A stretch of DNA of 24,519 nucleotides from a virus (IMGVR_UViG_3300025133_000574:1-24519), one strand, 5' to 3'; counted from the stretch's first letter, positions 7,304-15,161 are shown. The notes: generated from the sequence alone by a model not told the origin. A program made the numbers and translations.

Positions 7304-7657
7304 TTAAGGAATTTTCATATACCAGTCAAGGACATCCATACATTCTTCAAGTCCTTTAACTACCTTAGCATAGTAACCTGCTTCATTGAGGTATGCAACC
7401 CACTCTTTTTGTTCTTTAGATGGATAGCAAGTCTTGTCTGCTTTGATTTCTAGGAATAGACCACCATATAGATGGTTTATCTTCATTATCTGCATGTCAG
7501 GAAAGCCTTTAACATAGCCTGTTTTCTTGGCTAGTATTGCTTGTTTCATGGAGGTTCTAATACCACCTAGTGATGCACAGTATCTTACATCAGGATATGA
7601 ATACTTCATATAGGTACAGAAGGATGATTGGACTAATGCTTCTTTCTTCATAGCCAT
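7304..7657 (-). CDS. VRR-NUC domain nuclease (Holliday junction resolvase-like)
   Basis: E..VQ, GYVKGFPD, LFLEIK and SKEQKEW motifs. Confidence 0.85.
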   Translation of the reverse strand: MAMKKEALVQSSFCTYMKYSYPDVRYCASLGGIRTSMKQAILAKKTGYVKGFPDMQIMKINHLYGGLFLEIKADKTCYPSKEQKEWVAYLNEAGYYAKVVKGLEECMDVLDWYMKIP

Positions 7658-7658
7658 A

Positions 7659-7724
7659 CCCCTATGCCCCCTTGCACCCCCTATGCTTACCCCCTATACC
7701 CCCTACACCCCTATTACCCCCTAC
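7659..7724 (+). repeat. Array of seven C4-5 tracts (CCCCCTA-like units, about 8-13 nt period)
   Basis: Visible degenerate tandem repeat; G-tracts on the minus strand. Confidence 0.85.
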
Positions 7725-7937
7725 ATCCGTATAAGTCTTACCCTTTATGAGTTGGTGCATTAGAGGTTGAGATACACTATACTTTCTAGCGAGAGATGAG
7801 ATAGTTATCTTCTGAGTTGCATTAGTATATTCTTTTCTAATTGCATTGGCTTCTTCCACAGTAAACTTTCTTCTGGAGTAACCACCACCTCTACTATCTT
7901 TTCTATCTTCTAATCTTATTTTTCTAATCTTTGGCAT
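7662..7937 (-). CDS. Small HTH DNA-binding protein with Gly-rich tail
   Basis: ISSLARKYSVSQPLMHQLIKGKTY HTH pattern. Confidence 0.7.
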   Translation of the reverse strand: MPKIRKIRLEDRKDSRGGGYSRRKFTVEEANAIRKEYTNATQKITISSLARKYSVSQPLMHQLIKGKTYTDVGGNRGVGGIGGKHRGCKGA

Positions 7938-7940
7938 AAT

Positions 7941-8201
7941 CTAATATTCATCATCAAACCTATCAGTAGTTTCACCATATTGATTTTCAATATCAATGTT
8001 TGTGATTTTAATATCTACTTTGTTTGGATTCTTTTTATTTATATAGCAAATTCTGTCTATTAATTCTTGGTCTGCTTCAATCTCTTTTATGTTAGATGTA
8101 AGAACGAATGTGTCTATCATTCCTGTAATTGCTTTCCTAGTTACAGTTTTTTTATTCTTTATCTCGTAAGATACAAATACTCTAAAGATTGGTTTTTTCA
8201 T
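7941..8201 (-). CDS. Hypothetical protein (86 aa)
   Basis: ORF within a tightly overlapping operon. Confidence 0.65.
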   Translation of the reverse strand: MKKPIFRVFVSYEIKNKKTVTRKAITGMIDTFVLTSNIKEIEADQELIDRICYINKKNPNKVDIKITNIDIENQYGETTDRFDDEY

Positions 8202-8550
8202 TTTTAATTTTATCTAACTCAAACTCTAGGTGATTAATAGCCTTCTGTATGCAATCAACGCTTGTTTCGTGCTTACGCTTTGCTCTAAGAAGATAAGTAA
8301 CTGCAGTACCAACATTGTACGATAAATCAAAATCTTCTACAACCTTCCTAGCCTCATACCCATAAACTCTACCAATATAATAGTTTGGAGTTTTATCTTT
8401 ACTGTAATCTATTTTAAGTTCTTCTTTTGTTAATAGCATCTTAGGGTTTATTTTTGATGATACTTCTTCTTTTTCTCCCCAAGTAGTGGTTGGAGTCCAC
8501 CCATTCCTTCCCTTCTCGTAGTAGTATTTATTGTGTTTTTGGTCTTTCAT
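8182..8550 (-). CDS. DUF3310 / SaV-like protein
   Basis: P.YY ... YNVGTAVTYLLRA.RK ... D..KAI.HLEFE pattern. Confidence 0.75.
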   Translation of the reverse strand: MKDQKHNKYYYEKGRNGWTPTTTWGEKEEVSSKINPKMLLTKEELKIDYSKDKTPNYYIGRVYGYEARKVVEDFDLSYNVGTAVTYLLRAKRKHETSVDCIQKAINHLEFELDKIKNEKTNL

Positions 8551-8725
8551 TTATTCTATCGTTTTCTAGTCCACCAGTTCTAGTGATGTGCTTATTCATA
8601 TTTTCTTCTAACTCCCTGTTTTGTCTTTGTGTTATTTTACCTTCAACATACTGAAGCCCAATTATAGTAAAAATTACAGTACCAACAAATATTTTTACCA
8701 ATAAAATTATTTCATTACTATCCAT
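8528..8725 (-). CDS. Hypothetical membrane protein
   Basis: N-terminal hydrophobic helix. Confidence 0.6.
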   Translation of the reverse strand: MDSNEIILLVKIFVGTVIFTIIGLQYVEGKITQRQNRELEENMNKHITRTGGLENDRINERPKTQ

Positions 8726-8921
8726 TTGTTTCTAATTTAAAGTTATTTTCTATTAATTTAAGTAACTGATGAGGTGTATATATCCTACTATTACCATCAT
8801 AGTTTTCATATATGCAAGTAAAGTTATCATCTTCATAAGTCCATAAACTCCTTACATTATTCTTAATGTGGTTTTTTAATATCCACTTAATTGTTTTGTA
8901 TGTTCTTTTAGTTTCAACCAT
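8718..8921 (-). CDS. Hypothetical protein (likely start MVETKR at 8921)
   Basis: ATG 1 nt after the stop of the upstream 47-aa ORF. Confidence 0.6.
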   Translation of the reverse strand: MVETKRTYKTIKWILKNHIKNNVRSLWTYEDDNFTCIYENYDGNSRIYTPHQLLKLIENNFKLETNG

Positions 8922-8922
8922 T

Positions 8923-9066
8923 TTATTTTTCTTGTTCGTACCATACGGCATAAACCTTAATTCCTTTAGGTTCACCCATTAGTATCTTTTTCTTTATTTT
9001 GGATTCTTTTACTAAGTTCTTATCCATGTATTTTGGATTCTTACTATTTAATTTTCTTTTCTTCAT
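8923..9066 (-). CDS. Small basic protein, 47 aa (MKKRKLNSKNPKY...VYAVWYEQEK)
   Basis: ATGA overlap with the upstream stop; fills the gap; not in the ORF track. Confidence 0.65.
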   Translation of the reverse strand: MKKRKLNSKNPKYMDKNLVKESKIKKKILMGEPKGIKVYAVWYEQEK

Positions 9067-9539
9067 TTTATTTTTTTATAATTAAAAGAATATCCAAATA
9101 TTAAAGAGTGCCTTAGTGTATATGCTATTGAAAATCCATAATTCTTCTTTCTGTATTCTGCCTTTACCCTTCTCTCCCTAAAGTCATCATATTCACCCCT
9201 ATAATGATAACCATCTATCAAATAACCATATAATGTTCCTGATTGGAAATAATGCAATGGTATTCCTATACCATAAGACAATACATATTCATTTGCTCTT
9301 CTTTTGTAAAAAGAATATCCAGCAGACATATAATGCATTATGTAGTAATCATCAGCAACAAGTTGAGGTTTTGTGTAATTAACATTTAAAAATCCTCTCG
9401 CTACCTCCCCTACAAACTTGTGAGGTGCTGCAACTTCCACCCCAAGCATATCACTATGATTACACTCTGTCGTATCAGTCTGTGCATTAACTGTAAATGC
9501 ACTTAAAAATAATAGTAATATATTAATTATTCTTTTCAT
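9063..9539 (-). CDS. Secreted / putative outer-membrane protein
   Basis: Sec signal peptide ending VNA-Q; aromatic, Gly-rich beta-strand-like segments ending FGYSFNY. Confidence 0.6.
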   Translation of the reverse strand: MKRIINILLLFLSAFTVNAQTDTTECNHSDMLGVEVAAPHKFVGEVARGFLNVNYTKPQLVADDYYIMHYMSAGYSFYKRRANEYVLSYGIGIPLHYFQSGTLYGYLIDGYHYRGEYDDFRERRVKAEYRKKNYGFSIAYTLRHSLIFGYSFNYKKIK

Positions 9540-9549
9540 TTTATATTAC

Positions 9550-9623
9550 AAAAAGCATGGTGGGCTAGTAAAAAATAAACAAATTTAACAGTTGTTAAAA
9601 TTAAAGTTATTTTACCCACCATA
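9550..9623 (-). terminator. Long hairpin with U-tract after the 35-aa peptide gene
   Basis: AUGGUGGG/CCCACCAU outer stem, UUUAACA/UGUUAAA inner stem, followed by GCUUUUU. Confidence 0.55.
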
Positions 9624-9719
9624 CTCATTATACTCATCATCCATAAATTCGGTGCAGAAATACGCCTCTAATATACAAACGATTATTACTACTCCCCATA
9701 TTGTTAATATTGTTTTCAT
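9612..9719 (-). CDS. 35-aa single-TM peptide (MKTILTIWGVVIIVCILEAYFCTEFMDDEYNEYGG)
   Basis: Own TAnnTTTG element 4 nt upstream (leaderless arrangement); hydrophobic N-terminus, acidic tail. Confidence 0.65.
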   Translation of the reverse strand: MKTILTIWGVVIIVCILEAYFCTEFMDDEYNEYGG

Positions 9720-9723
9720 GTTG

Positions 9724-9731
9724 CAAATATA
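9724..9731 (-). promoter_or_regulatory. -7 element TATATTTG (leaderless transcript)
   Basis: TAnnTTTG, with TTG 21 nt upstream. Confidence 0.6.
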
Positions 9732-9755
9732 TAAAAATATTTCAATTTTATACAA

Positions 9756-10124
9756 TTATCTTAAAAGTTTTGGTTCTGGTCTGTAATGAGGAACTGATTT
9801 TGGGTCATCACCTCTCTCAACTTTTGCTCTTGCATCCCATATTAAATCTCTATGCTTTCTTAACCATCTCATATAGGTTGGAACTGTTAAATGAATAAAG
9901 TCATTAGTTATAGGACTTCTCACTCCAATATTAAAAGCCCTCTCTGCATCTTCAAAATAAAAATTCTTATAAGTCTTAGCCAAGTCATCTGCTAAACTTT
10001 GCGACATAATCATTATTGTATCTTCCTCAACATTATTTTGTCCTAATTCAATATATGTTTTACTTATTAAATCTACAGCACTCATAAGTAAATCTTCTTT
10101 AGTCATTGTTTTTATCTGTTTCAT
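9756..10124 (-). CDS. Replication-associated protein, possibly a helicase loader
   Basis: Directly follows the initiator (ATGA overlap); function inferred from position only. Confidence 0.4.
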   Translation of the reverse strand: MKQIKTMTKEDLLMSAVDLISKTYIELGQNNVEEDTIMIMSQSLADDLAKTYKNFYFEDAERAFNIGVRSPITNDFIHLTVPTYMRWLRKHRDLIWDARAKVERGDDPKSVPHYRPEPKLLR

Positions 10125-10789
10125 TTTTTAAATTGTTTTTTTAATTTTTCTTTTACATTAACATTCTTTTGCAAATGCATATGTATTTTACTCATTCCCT
10201 TATTAGCACTTTTATTTTTTTCTTGTCTTTTCTCCCAAGTTCTAATACACGCTTTCCAATCCTTCATTTTGTTTTTTCCAACCATCCAATCTTTACTTTC
10301 ATAGAAATCAAAAAAAGTTTCTGCATCTATATTATTATCTCTCCAAAAACAATATTCTTTAATCTCTTCAACTTTTGGTTTTTTAAAACGCCCTTTAATA
10401 TTACTATCTGTAAGATTAGTATTAATATGTTTATCTTTAGATAAACTAATATTATCCTTAAAGTTTTCTTTAATACCCCCCTTTAAGTTTTCTTTAATAC
10501 CCCCTTTAAGAATTCTTATATACCTCCTATCAATTTCTTTAGTACCCCCCTTGTAAGTGTAAGATGTTGATATATAGTCATTTGCAACTAATTCGCTTAC
10601 CCACTTAGAAACTGTTACAACACTCTTGTCATAAAGGTTAGAAAAGTATTTATTTGTAGCAAAGCACTCTCCATTAATGTTCAGTAGTGCGGTTATTTCA
10701 GCATACATTAATTTAGCATTTGCAGTTAGGTTTTTATCATACCTAACCTCAGCACTTATTATAGCATAATAATTTGGCTTCTCTTTCAT
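10121..10789 (-). CDS. Phage replication initiator / replisome organiser
   Basis: N-terminal wHTH (AKLMYAEI..L....CFATNKYF), internal iterons, C-terminal FFDFYESKDW.VGKNKMKDWKA domain. Confidence 0.85.
   Translation of the reverse strand: MKEKPNYYAIISAEVRYDKNLTANAKLMYAEITALLNINGECFATNKYFSNLYDKSVVTVSKWVSELVANDYISTSYTYKGGTKEIDRRYIRILKGGIKENLKGGIKENFKDNISLSKDKHINTNLTDSNIKGRFKKPKVEEIKEYCFWRDNNIDAETFFDFYESKDWMVGKNKMKDWKACIRTWEKRQEKNKSANKGMSKIHMHLQKNVNVKEKLKKQFKK
10461..10552. repeat. Iterons (putative replication origin) inside the initiator gene
   Basis: AAGTTTTCTTTAATACCCCC(C)TTT twice with 24-nt period, plus TTTCTTTAGTACCCCCCTT at 10534. Confidence 0.75.
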
Positions 10790-10799
10790 TGTTTTAGTT

Positions 10800-11309
10800 T
10801 TAATTGTGTTTTGGTATTTCTAATTCATAGCACTCTGTATAAGTGGACATAACCACAGTCCACTCACTTACCTCTTTGTGAGTAAACCAACAAAATCTTG
10901 CGTATAAGGCGTTCAATGGCTGTATGAATAAATAGTGCGTAACTTTCTTTTGAGGGTTGTTATGGGCTTTAAAATTGATTCTAAGGGCATTTCCATCACT
11001 TCTTACGCCCTTAACATCAATGTAATGTAATTCACCAATTCCTTGCATAATTAAATCAGCCTCAACAACTGGTCTTTCTTCAAGCAGTAAAGCAGCCTTA
11101 TATTTTATACCTCTATTATTCTCCATAAGGTGTCTTGCAATAAGTTCTGCAAATATTCCTAATTGCTGTATAGAATGTTCTTGATTACCTCTATACTTCT
11201 CTGTGTTTTCATTGTAAATATCAGCAGACAACATACTCCTTACCTTAGCAAGTTCATCAGAAAGTTTGATGAAAGTGCTAGGATAAGTTGTTTTTTTCCA
11301 CTTAATCAT
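10800..11309 (-). CDS. PD-(D/E)XK-like nuclease-fold protein
   Basis: G..AE ... AD ... IDVK motif. Confidence 0.55.
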   Translation of the reverse strand: MIKWKKTTYPSTFIKLSDELAKVRSMLSADIYNENTEKYRGNQEHSIQQLGIFAELIARHLMENNRGIKYKAALLLEERPVVEADLIMQGIGELHYIDVKGVRSDGNALRINFKAHNNPQKKVTHYLFIQPLNALYARFCWFTHKEVSEWTVVMSTYTECYELEIPKHN

Positions 11310-11581
11310 TAGAATGGCAAGTCATCTTCTGCTTTTGCTGTGGACTTCTTAGCAGTAGTTTTTTTATCAGTTGGTGGCTCGTAAGTATTTACATAAGCGT
11401 AATGAGTTGCACCCTTTTCAGATGGTTCTCTCCTTTCTGAAATCACCATAGAAACCCAACCATTCTTTGAGTTTGCTTGTAGTTCATCCATCTTAAAGTT
11501 AGCAACCATCATTGTACCATACTTCGTATTAATGTTTTTAATACTACTTGGTAAGTAAACTTTCTCTTTCTTGTCTGTCAT
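11309..11581 (-). CDS. SSB-like protein
   Basis: Small beta-rich protein with an acidic DDLPF C-terminal tail, within the replication block. Confidence 0.55.
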   Translation of the reverse strand: MTDKKEKVYLPSSIKNINTKYGTMMVANFKMDELQANSKNGWVSMVISERREPSEKGATHYAYVNTYEPPTDKKTTAKKSTAKAEDDLPF

Positions 11582-11984
11582 TTTTTAATTTTTTAATTTT
11601 ATATAATTTGGTTAATGATTCATTTATTTTATTTAATTGAGTTTCTAGTCCTAATATTTCCTCATCCACCTCAACTTCAATAATCTTATTTTCTACTCTT
11701 TTAAATGCTTTAGTATCATCTTGGTAGTTGTTATAAAAGAACTCAAACTTTCTTGTGTGGTGGATTATAGATGCATGATGTAAGTTAGTTACCTGACCTA
11801 TCTCACTAAGAGTTAATCCAAACATTTCTCTTAATATGTAGATATACATTCGCTTAGCAAATATAATGTTTTTCTTTCTACTTCCCAAAAACATTCTATC
11901 TTTATCTATACCATAAATATCTGCTAATTCTTCTGTGATTATATTGTGGTAATAATCGCTAAATTTTAATCTTCTTCTTCTCAT
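11544..11984 (-). CDS. DnaA C-terminal (domain IV)-like HTH protein with coiled-coil tail
   Basis: SRK..I..A+.M..YI.RE...LTLSEIG....HHASIIH pattern. Confidence 0.7.
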   Translation of the reverse strand: MRRRRLKFSDYYHNIITEELADIYGIDKDRMFLGSRKKNIIFAKRMYIYILREMFGLTLSEIGQVTNLHHASIIHHTRKFEFFYNNYQDDTKAFKRVENKIIEVEVDEEILGLETQLNKINESLTKLYKIKKLKNDRQERESLLTK

Positions 11985-11995
11985 TTGTTATAATT

Positions 11996-12238
11996 TTAAT
12001 TTAAGTCGTACACTATTGTATCAACTATGTCTTGTATGTTTAATCCAATAAAGTCTGCTAAAGTCTTAGCGTGAATAAATCTAAGTGATGGTGGATTCTC
12101 TATAAACTTTCTACTTGTAGCATAGTTGACTCCAAGTATCTTACAAAGTTTTAAATTAGACACCCCATATATCCTTAACAAAGCCTCGAATTCATTCCTA
12201 GACTCTCTAATCTGTACTAAGGTGTATTTATTTGTCAT
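11996..12238 (-). CDS. Small XRE-like HTH protein
   Basis: LKLCKILGVNYAT...FIENP..L pattern. Confidence 0.55.
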   Translation of the reverse strand: MTNKYTLVQIRESRNEFEALLRIYGVSNLKLCKILGVNYATSRKFIENPPSLRFIHAKTLADFIGLNIQDIVDTIVYDLN

Positions 12239-12515
12239 CTCTCTTTAGGTATGTTTCTACCTTCCATTTTTCTATCCTGAACTTAGTTTTATTGCCATGA
12301 TAAAAATCTACTAATTGGTTTTTGTTTAAGAGTTGAATAATATTATCTTCAACAATCTCACCTAAAATAATTGGTGGCTCATAAATGCTCTTCTTGTTCC
12401 ACACAATATAAGTGTAAACTTTTAAAAAGTGATTAAAAATCTCTATGTCCAAATACTCCATCTCTGAACATTTTTTCCCATTGTTTTCTAGTGTCTGCTT
12501 CATATCTGTTTTCAT
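12228..12515 (-). CDS. Hypothetical protein (start uncertain, 12515 or 12461)
   Basis: ORF in overlapping operon. Confidence 0.55.
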   Translation of the reverse strand: MKTDMKQTLENNGKKCSEMEYLDIEIFNHFLKVYTYIVWNKKSIYEPPIILGEIVEDNIIQLLNKNQLVDFYHGNKTKFRIEKWKVETYLKRDDK

Positions 12516-12699
12516 TTATTAAAGTTATTATTTCTTCTGCTTCTAGTTCTGTTAAATCATTTATCCTTCCTAGAATATCAGATTTCATTCTTGTGGTTAA
12601 TGATGTTTGGTCAATCCTACTCTCAATGAAAAGCCATTGCCCATTTGTAATAGGTGTTGGCTCTCCATCAAGAACATTATCTATCCAATCATCATTCAT
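12433..12699 (-). CDS. Hypothetical protein (88 aa)
   Basis: TAATG coupling to the upstream gene. Confidence 0.65.
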   Translation of the reverse strand: MNDDWIDNVLDGEPTPITNGQWLFIESRIDQTSLTTRMKSDILGRINDLTELEAEEIITLINENRYEADTRKQWEKMFRDGVFGHRDF

Positions 12700-13247
12700 T
12701 AATCTACAATCTCATCCTGACCAAATACTCCTTGCTCATAGAATCCTGCAATCTTTAAAACAACTCTACTCATTGCCCTCTTTTCTGCCATAGCAACAGG
12801 GAACTTCTTACCACCTCCCATTAAGTTATTGTCAGATGCTTCTCCAAAACTCATAGCATTTCTAACATCATTACCAACTTTCATAGTTGCTGCTGCTCTT
12901 AATACGCAAATACATTTCTCTATATCCATGTTGATTACTTCATAGGCAACTGTAATGTTGTTTCTTGAAACAATCTTATCTATCCCAGTTCTAGTGATAA
13001 TTACAAACCCTCTCTTGTCCTTGTAAATATCTTCTTCAGTTAAACCATTCTCTTTGTAAAGCCTTCTTAAAGCATCTTTTCTAGTTTCTACGATTGGCTC
13101 AGGTTGTTTCTTCAGTTTTTCTTGCATTGTTTTTTTTGACATTTTGTTATTATTTAATTGATTAATACTCGGTTGTTGTGCAATATCATGCATTGCGTTA
13201 ATTGTTTCTTCTCTTTCTTTCATAAATTGTTCTTTCATTTTTCCCAT
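12699..13247 (-). CDS. Conserved phage protein, possibly single-strand annealing/recombination
   Basis: IITRTGIDKI, SFGEAS..N and PVAMAEKRA..R.VLK motifs; heads the replication block. Confidence 0.45.
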   Translation of the reverse strand: MGKMKEQFMKEREETINAMHDIAQQPSINQLNNNKMSKKTMQEKLKKQPEPIVETRKDALRRLYKENGLTEEDIYKDKRGFVIITRTGIDKIVSRNNITVAYEVINMDIEKCICVLRAAATMKVGNDVRNAMSFGEASDNNLMGGGKKFPVAMAEKRAMSRVVLKIAGFYEQGVFGQDEIVD

Positions 13248-13259
13248 AATTTTATAGTT

Positions 13260-13340
13260 TTAGTTAGTAATTTTGTCTTGTTGGATAATGTAGATAATCA
13301 TAAGTATTATGATTGTAGGTACTGCGATTAGTGTTTCCAT
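13260..13340 (-). CDS. 26-aa membrane peptide (METLIAVPTIIILMIIYIIQQDKITN)
   Basis: First ORF after the consensus promoter; AAACTAAATG start. Confidence 0.55.
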   Translation of the reverse strand: METLIAVPTIIILMIIYIIQQDKITN

Positions 13341-13370
13341 TTAGTTTATTGTTTTAGTTATTAATTGAGG

Positions 13371-13401
13371 CAAAGATATAAAATTGGAATTACCCACCAA
13401 A
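13371..13401 (-). promoter_or_regulatory. Consensus Bacteroidota promoter (replication operon)
   Basis: TTTG (13401-13398), 19-nt spacer, TATCTTTG (13378-13371). Confidence 0.8.
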
Positions 13402-13470
13402 AGATTTTTAACAATTTTTTGAAAAATGTTTACCTACTAGAGTAAAATTGTAGTAAAATTGTGTGATATT

Positions 13471-14562
13471 TTAGAAATAATGCACTAAACGAGCCACCTG
13501 CCCACTTGTTTTTTCGTGCAAAAATCCTTCAACTGCTTTAGGAATTCCTGTAAATCCTTTTCTTGAGTGCCAACTATCAGTTCCTGATGGACTACGCATA
13601 TACTCTACAGTAACTCCTATAAAGTCTTTTGCATCTCTCCATTTGTGTTTTACTTTGTGATGTAAATGATGTAGATACCAATATCTATATTTAGTTTCAC
13701 TCCACATTTCAGGCTTCTCCTGAGCCATTAAAAGAGGTAAGTTGTCCATCTTAGCACCATCTCCATGCTCTAAGCCAATTAAGTTCTTACCATACTTATA
13801 ATACTTTCTATGTGCTACACTAATATCAAAAGAAATCTCTCTATCATTTCTGAACCAACTCTTTAATGCGTGTGCCAAATGAAATCCACTTTGATAATCG
13901 TGATTACTCATTGAATGTATCACATCAACAGGTGCTATCTCTCTTAACATCTCTACACACTTAACATATAGTGCTAATGCAACTTCAAAATGTTCCCACC
14001 ACTTCCCATCTACATCTTGCCTTGTACCTGCTGTAGTTTGATTATATACATTATCAATATGTAAAACATCATTACCTATACAAAATAATACTCTCTCTAC
14101 TTCAAACCCTTCCGCTTTATACATAAGTCCTTCTAAGCCCTCTAAAACACGCATACAGGCAGTTTCAACATCATACCCATCACCAGTTTCAAGCCCATTA
14201 GCATATTTACCTATATGTATGTCTGCAGGATTTATTATTAATAAATGATTAGCATTTTTATTTTCTCTTTTTACTGAAGGGTAGTAGGGTGAGTGGCTTT
14301 CAATGAAGTCGCTAATCTTATCTAGCATATCATTTTCATTAACAGATATATCTTCTTTAGTTACAATGCTAAACCTGTATTCACCACTAGCAGATTGCCA
14401 ATGTTTAACACTTACAACATCATCCTTATCTATACCTCTCTCTGAAAGATGTATATCTAATGCTGTGTTGCCATTAATGTTTGTTGTGCTTTCTGCTCTG
14501 TTTTCATAAACCATCTCAACTTCTTCTTTGGACAGTCTAAGTCTTTTACCATATTTTTTCAT
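13471..14562 (-). CDS. Calcineurin-like metallophosphoesterase / nuclease
   Basis: DIHIG, GND.LH, SNHD, EHGD and HHLHH motifs. Confidence 0.8.
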   Translation of the reverse strand: MKKYGKRLRLSKEEVEMVYENRAESTTNINGNTALDIHLSERGIDKDDVVSVKHWQSASGEYRFSIVTKEDISVNENDMLDKISDFIESHSPYYPSVKRENKNANHLLIINPADIHIGKYANGLETGDGYDVETACMRVLEGLEGLMYKAEGFEVERVLFCIGNDVLHIDNVYNQTTAGTRQDVDGKWWEHFEVALALYVKCVEMLREIAPVDVIHSMSNHDYQSGFHLAHALKSWFRNDREISFDISVAHRKYYKYGKNLIGLEHGDGAKMDNLPLLMAQEKPEMWSETKYRYWYLHHLHHKVKHKWRDAKDFIGVTVEYMRSPSGTDSWHSRKGFTGIPKAVEGFLHEKTSGQVARLVHYF

Positions 14563-14612
14563 AGTTTTATGTATTGGTTATGATGCAATTATACAAAAAA
14601 AAATACTTATAT

Positions 14613-14695
14613 AAAACAAAAGTGAGATGTTTTTGAACACCCCACTCTTGAAAACTATAAACATGAAAACAAAGATAGGCACAACCCTACCTAAG
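14613..14695 (-). ncRNA. Candidate trans-acting antisense small RNA
   Basis: TATCTTTG at 14708-14701, 5' hairpin, unpaired anti-start-codon linker, 11-bp terminator hairpin with G-U pairs followed by a U-rich tail. Confidence 0.55.
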
Positions 14696-14709
14696 TTATG
14701 CAAAGATAA

Positions 14710-14988
14710 TTATTTTTTACAATTATCAGTACAATTACATTTATTTTTCTCAAATACAGAGAAACATAATGGTAATACCCCTAACCCTGTCAATATCAAC
14801 GCATTAGTATCAATACCATTCTTCTCAATGTATAAACTAGCAGCAATTACTATCACTCCACTAATGGTTCTTTTACTACTCCATTTACCTTTAGTATCTG
14901 TAAAAAGTTCTTTTACTGCCTTCAATAATTCTGTTATTGGTTTTACGCCACCCTTTAGTAACGCTTCCCCTATCCACCTCTTAAACAT
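14710..14988 (-). CDS. Holin-like membrane protein
   Basis: LFTD.KG.WSSKR followed by two TM segments; adjacent to the endolysin cassette. Confidence 0.6.
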   Translation of the reverse strand: MFKRWIGEALLKGGVKPITELLKAVKELFTDTKGKWSSKRTISGVIVIAASLYIEKNGIDTNALILTGLGVLPLCFSVFEKNKCNCTDNCKK

Positions 14989-15161
14989 TACTTTTTAATG
15001 TCTGCGAGTCCTTGACCTAAGATGAGTGTAAGAATAGCATAATAAACTTTCTCAACCTCACCTTCAGTAAGTCCTAATTTAACTGCTGCAAATGGAACAA
15101 ATATTGCACTAACTGTGTACCAGAATTTTTTTGAATTGAACATCTTTTTTAAAATTTCCAT
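14988..15161 (-). CDS. Holin-like 57-aa protein (MEILKKMFNSKKFWYTV...LILGQGLADIKK)
   Basis: SKKFW motif with two hydrophobic segments; lies between the endolysin and the next holin-like gene; not in the ORF track. Confidence 0.7.
   Translation of the reverse strand: MEILKKMFNSKKFWYTVSAIFVPFAAVKLGLTEGEVEKVYYAILTLILGQGLADIKK

Noticed and set aside
14627-14998. Plus-strand ORF with a good-looking start at 14663 (MKTKIG...)
   Set aside because: Antisense shadow of the holin-like gene in an otherwise all-minus window; the flanking hairpins favour a minus-strand RNA. Retained only as the alternative to the sRNA model.
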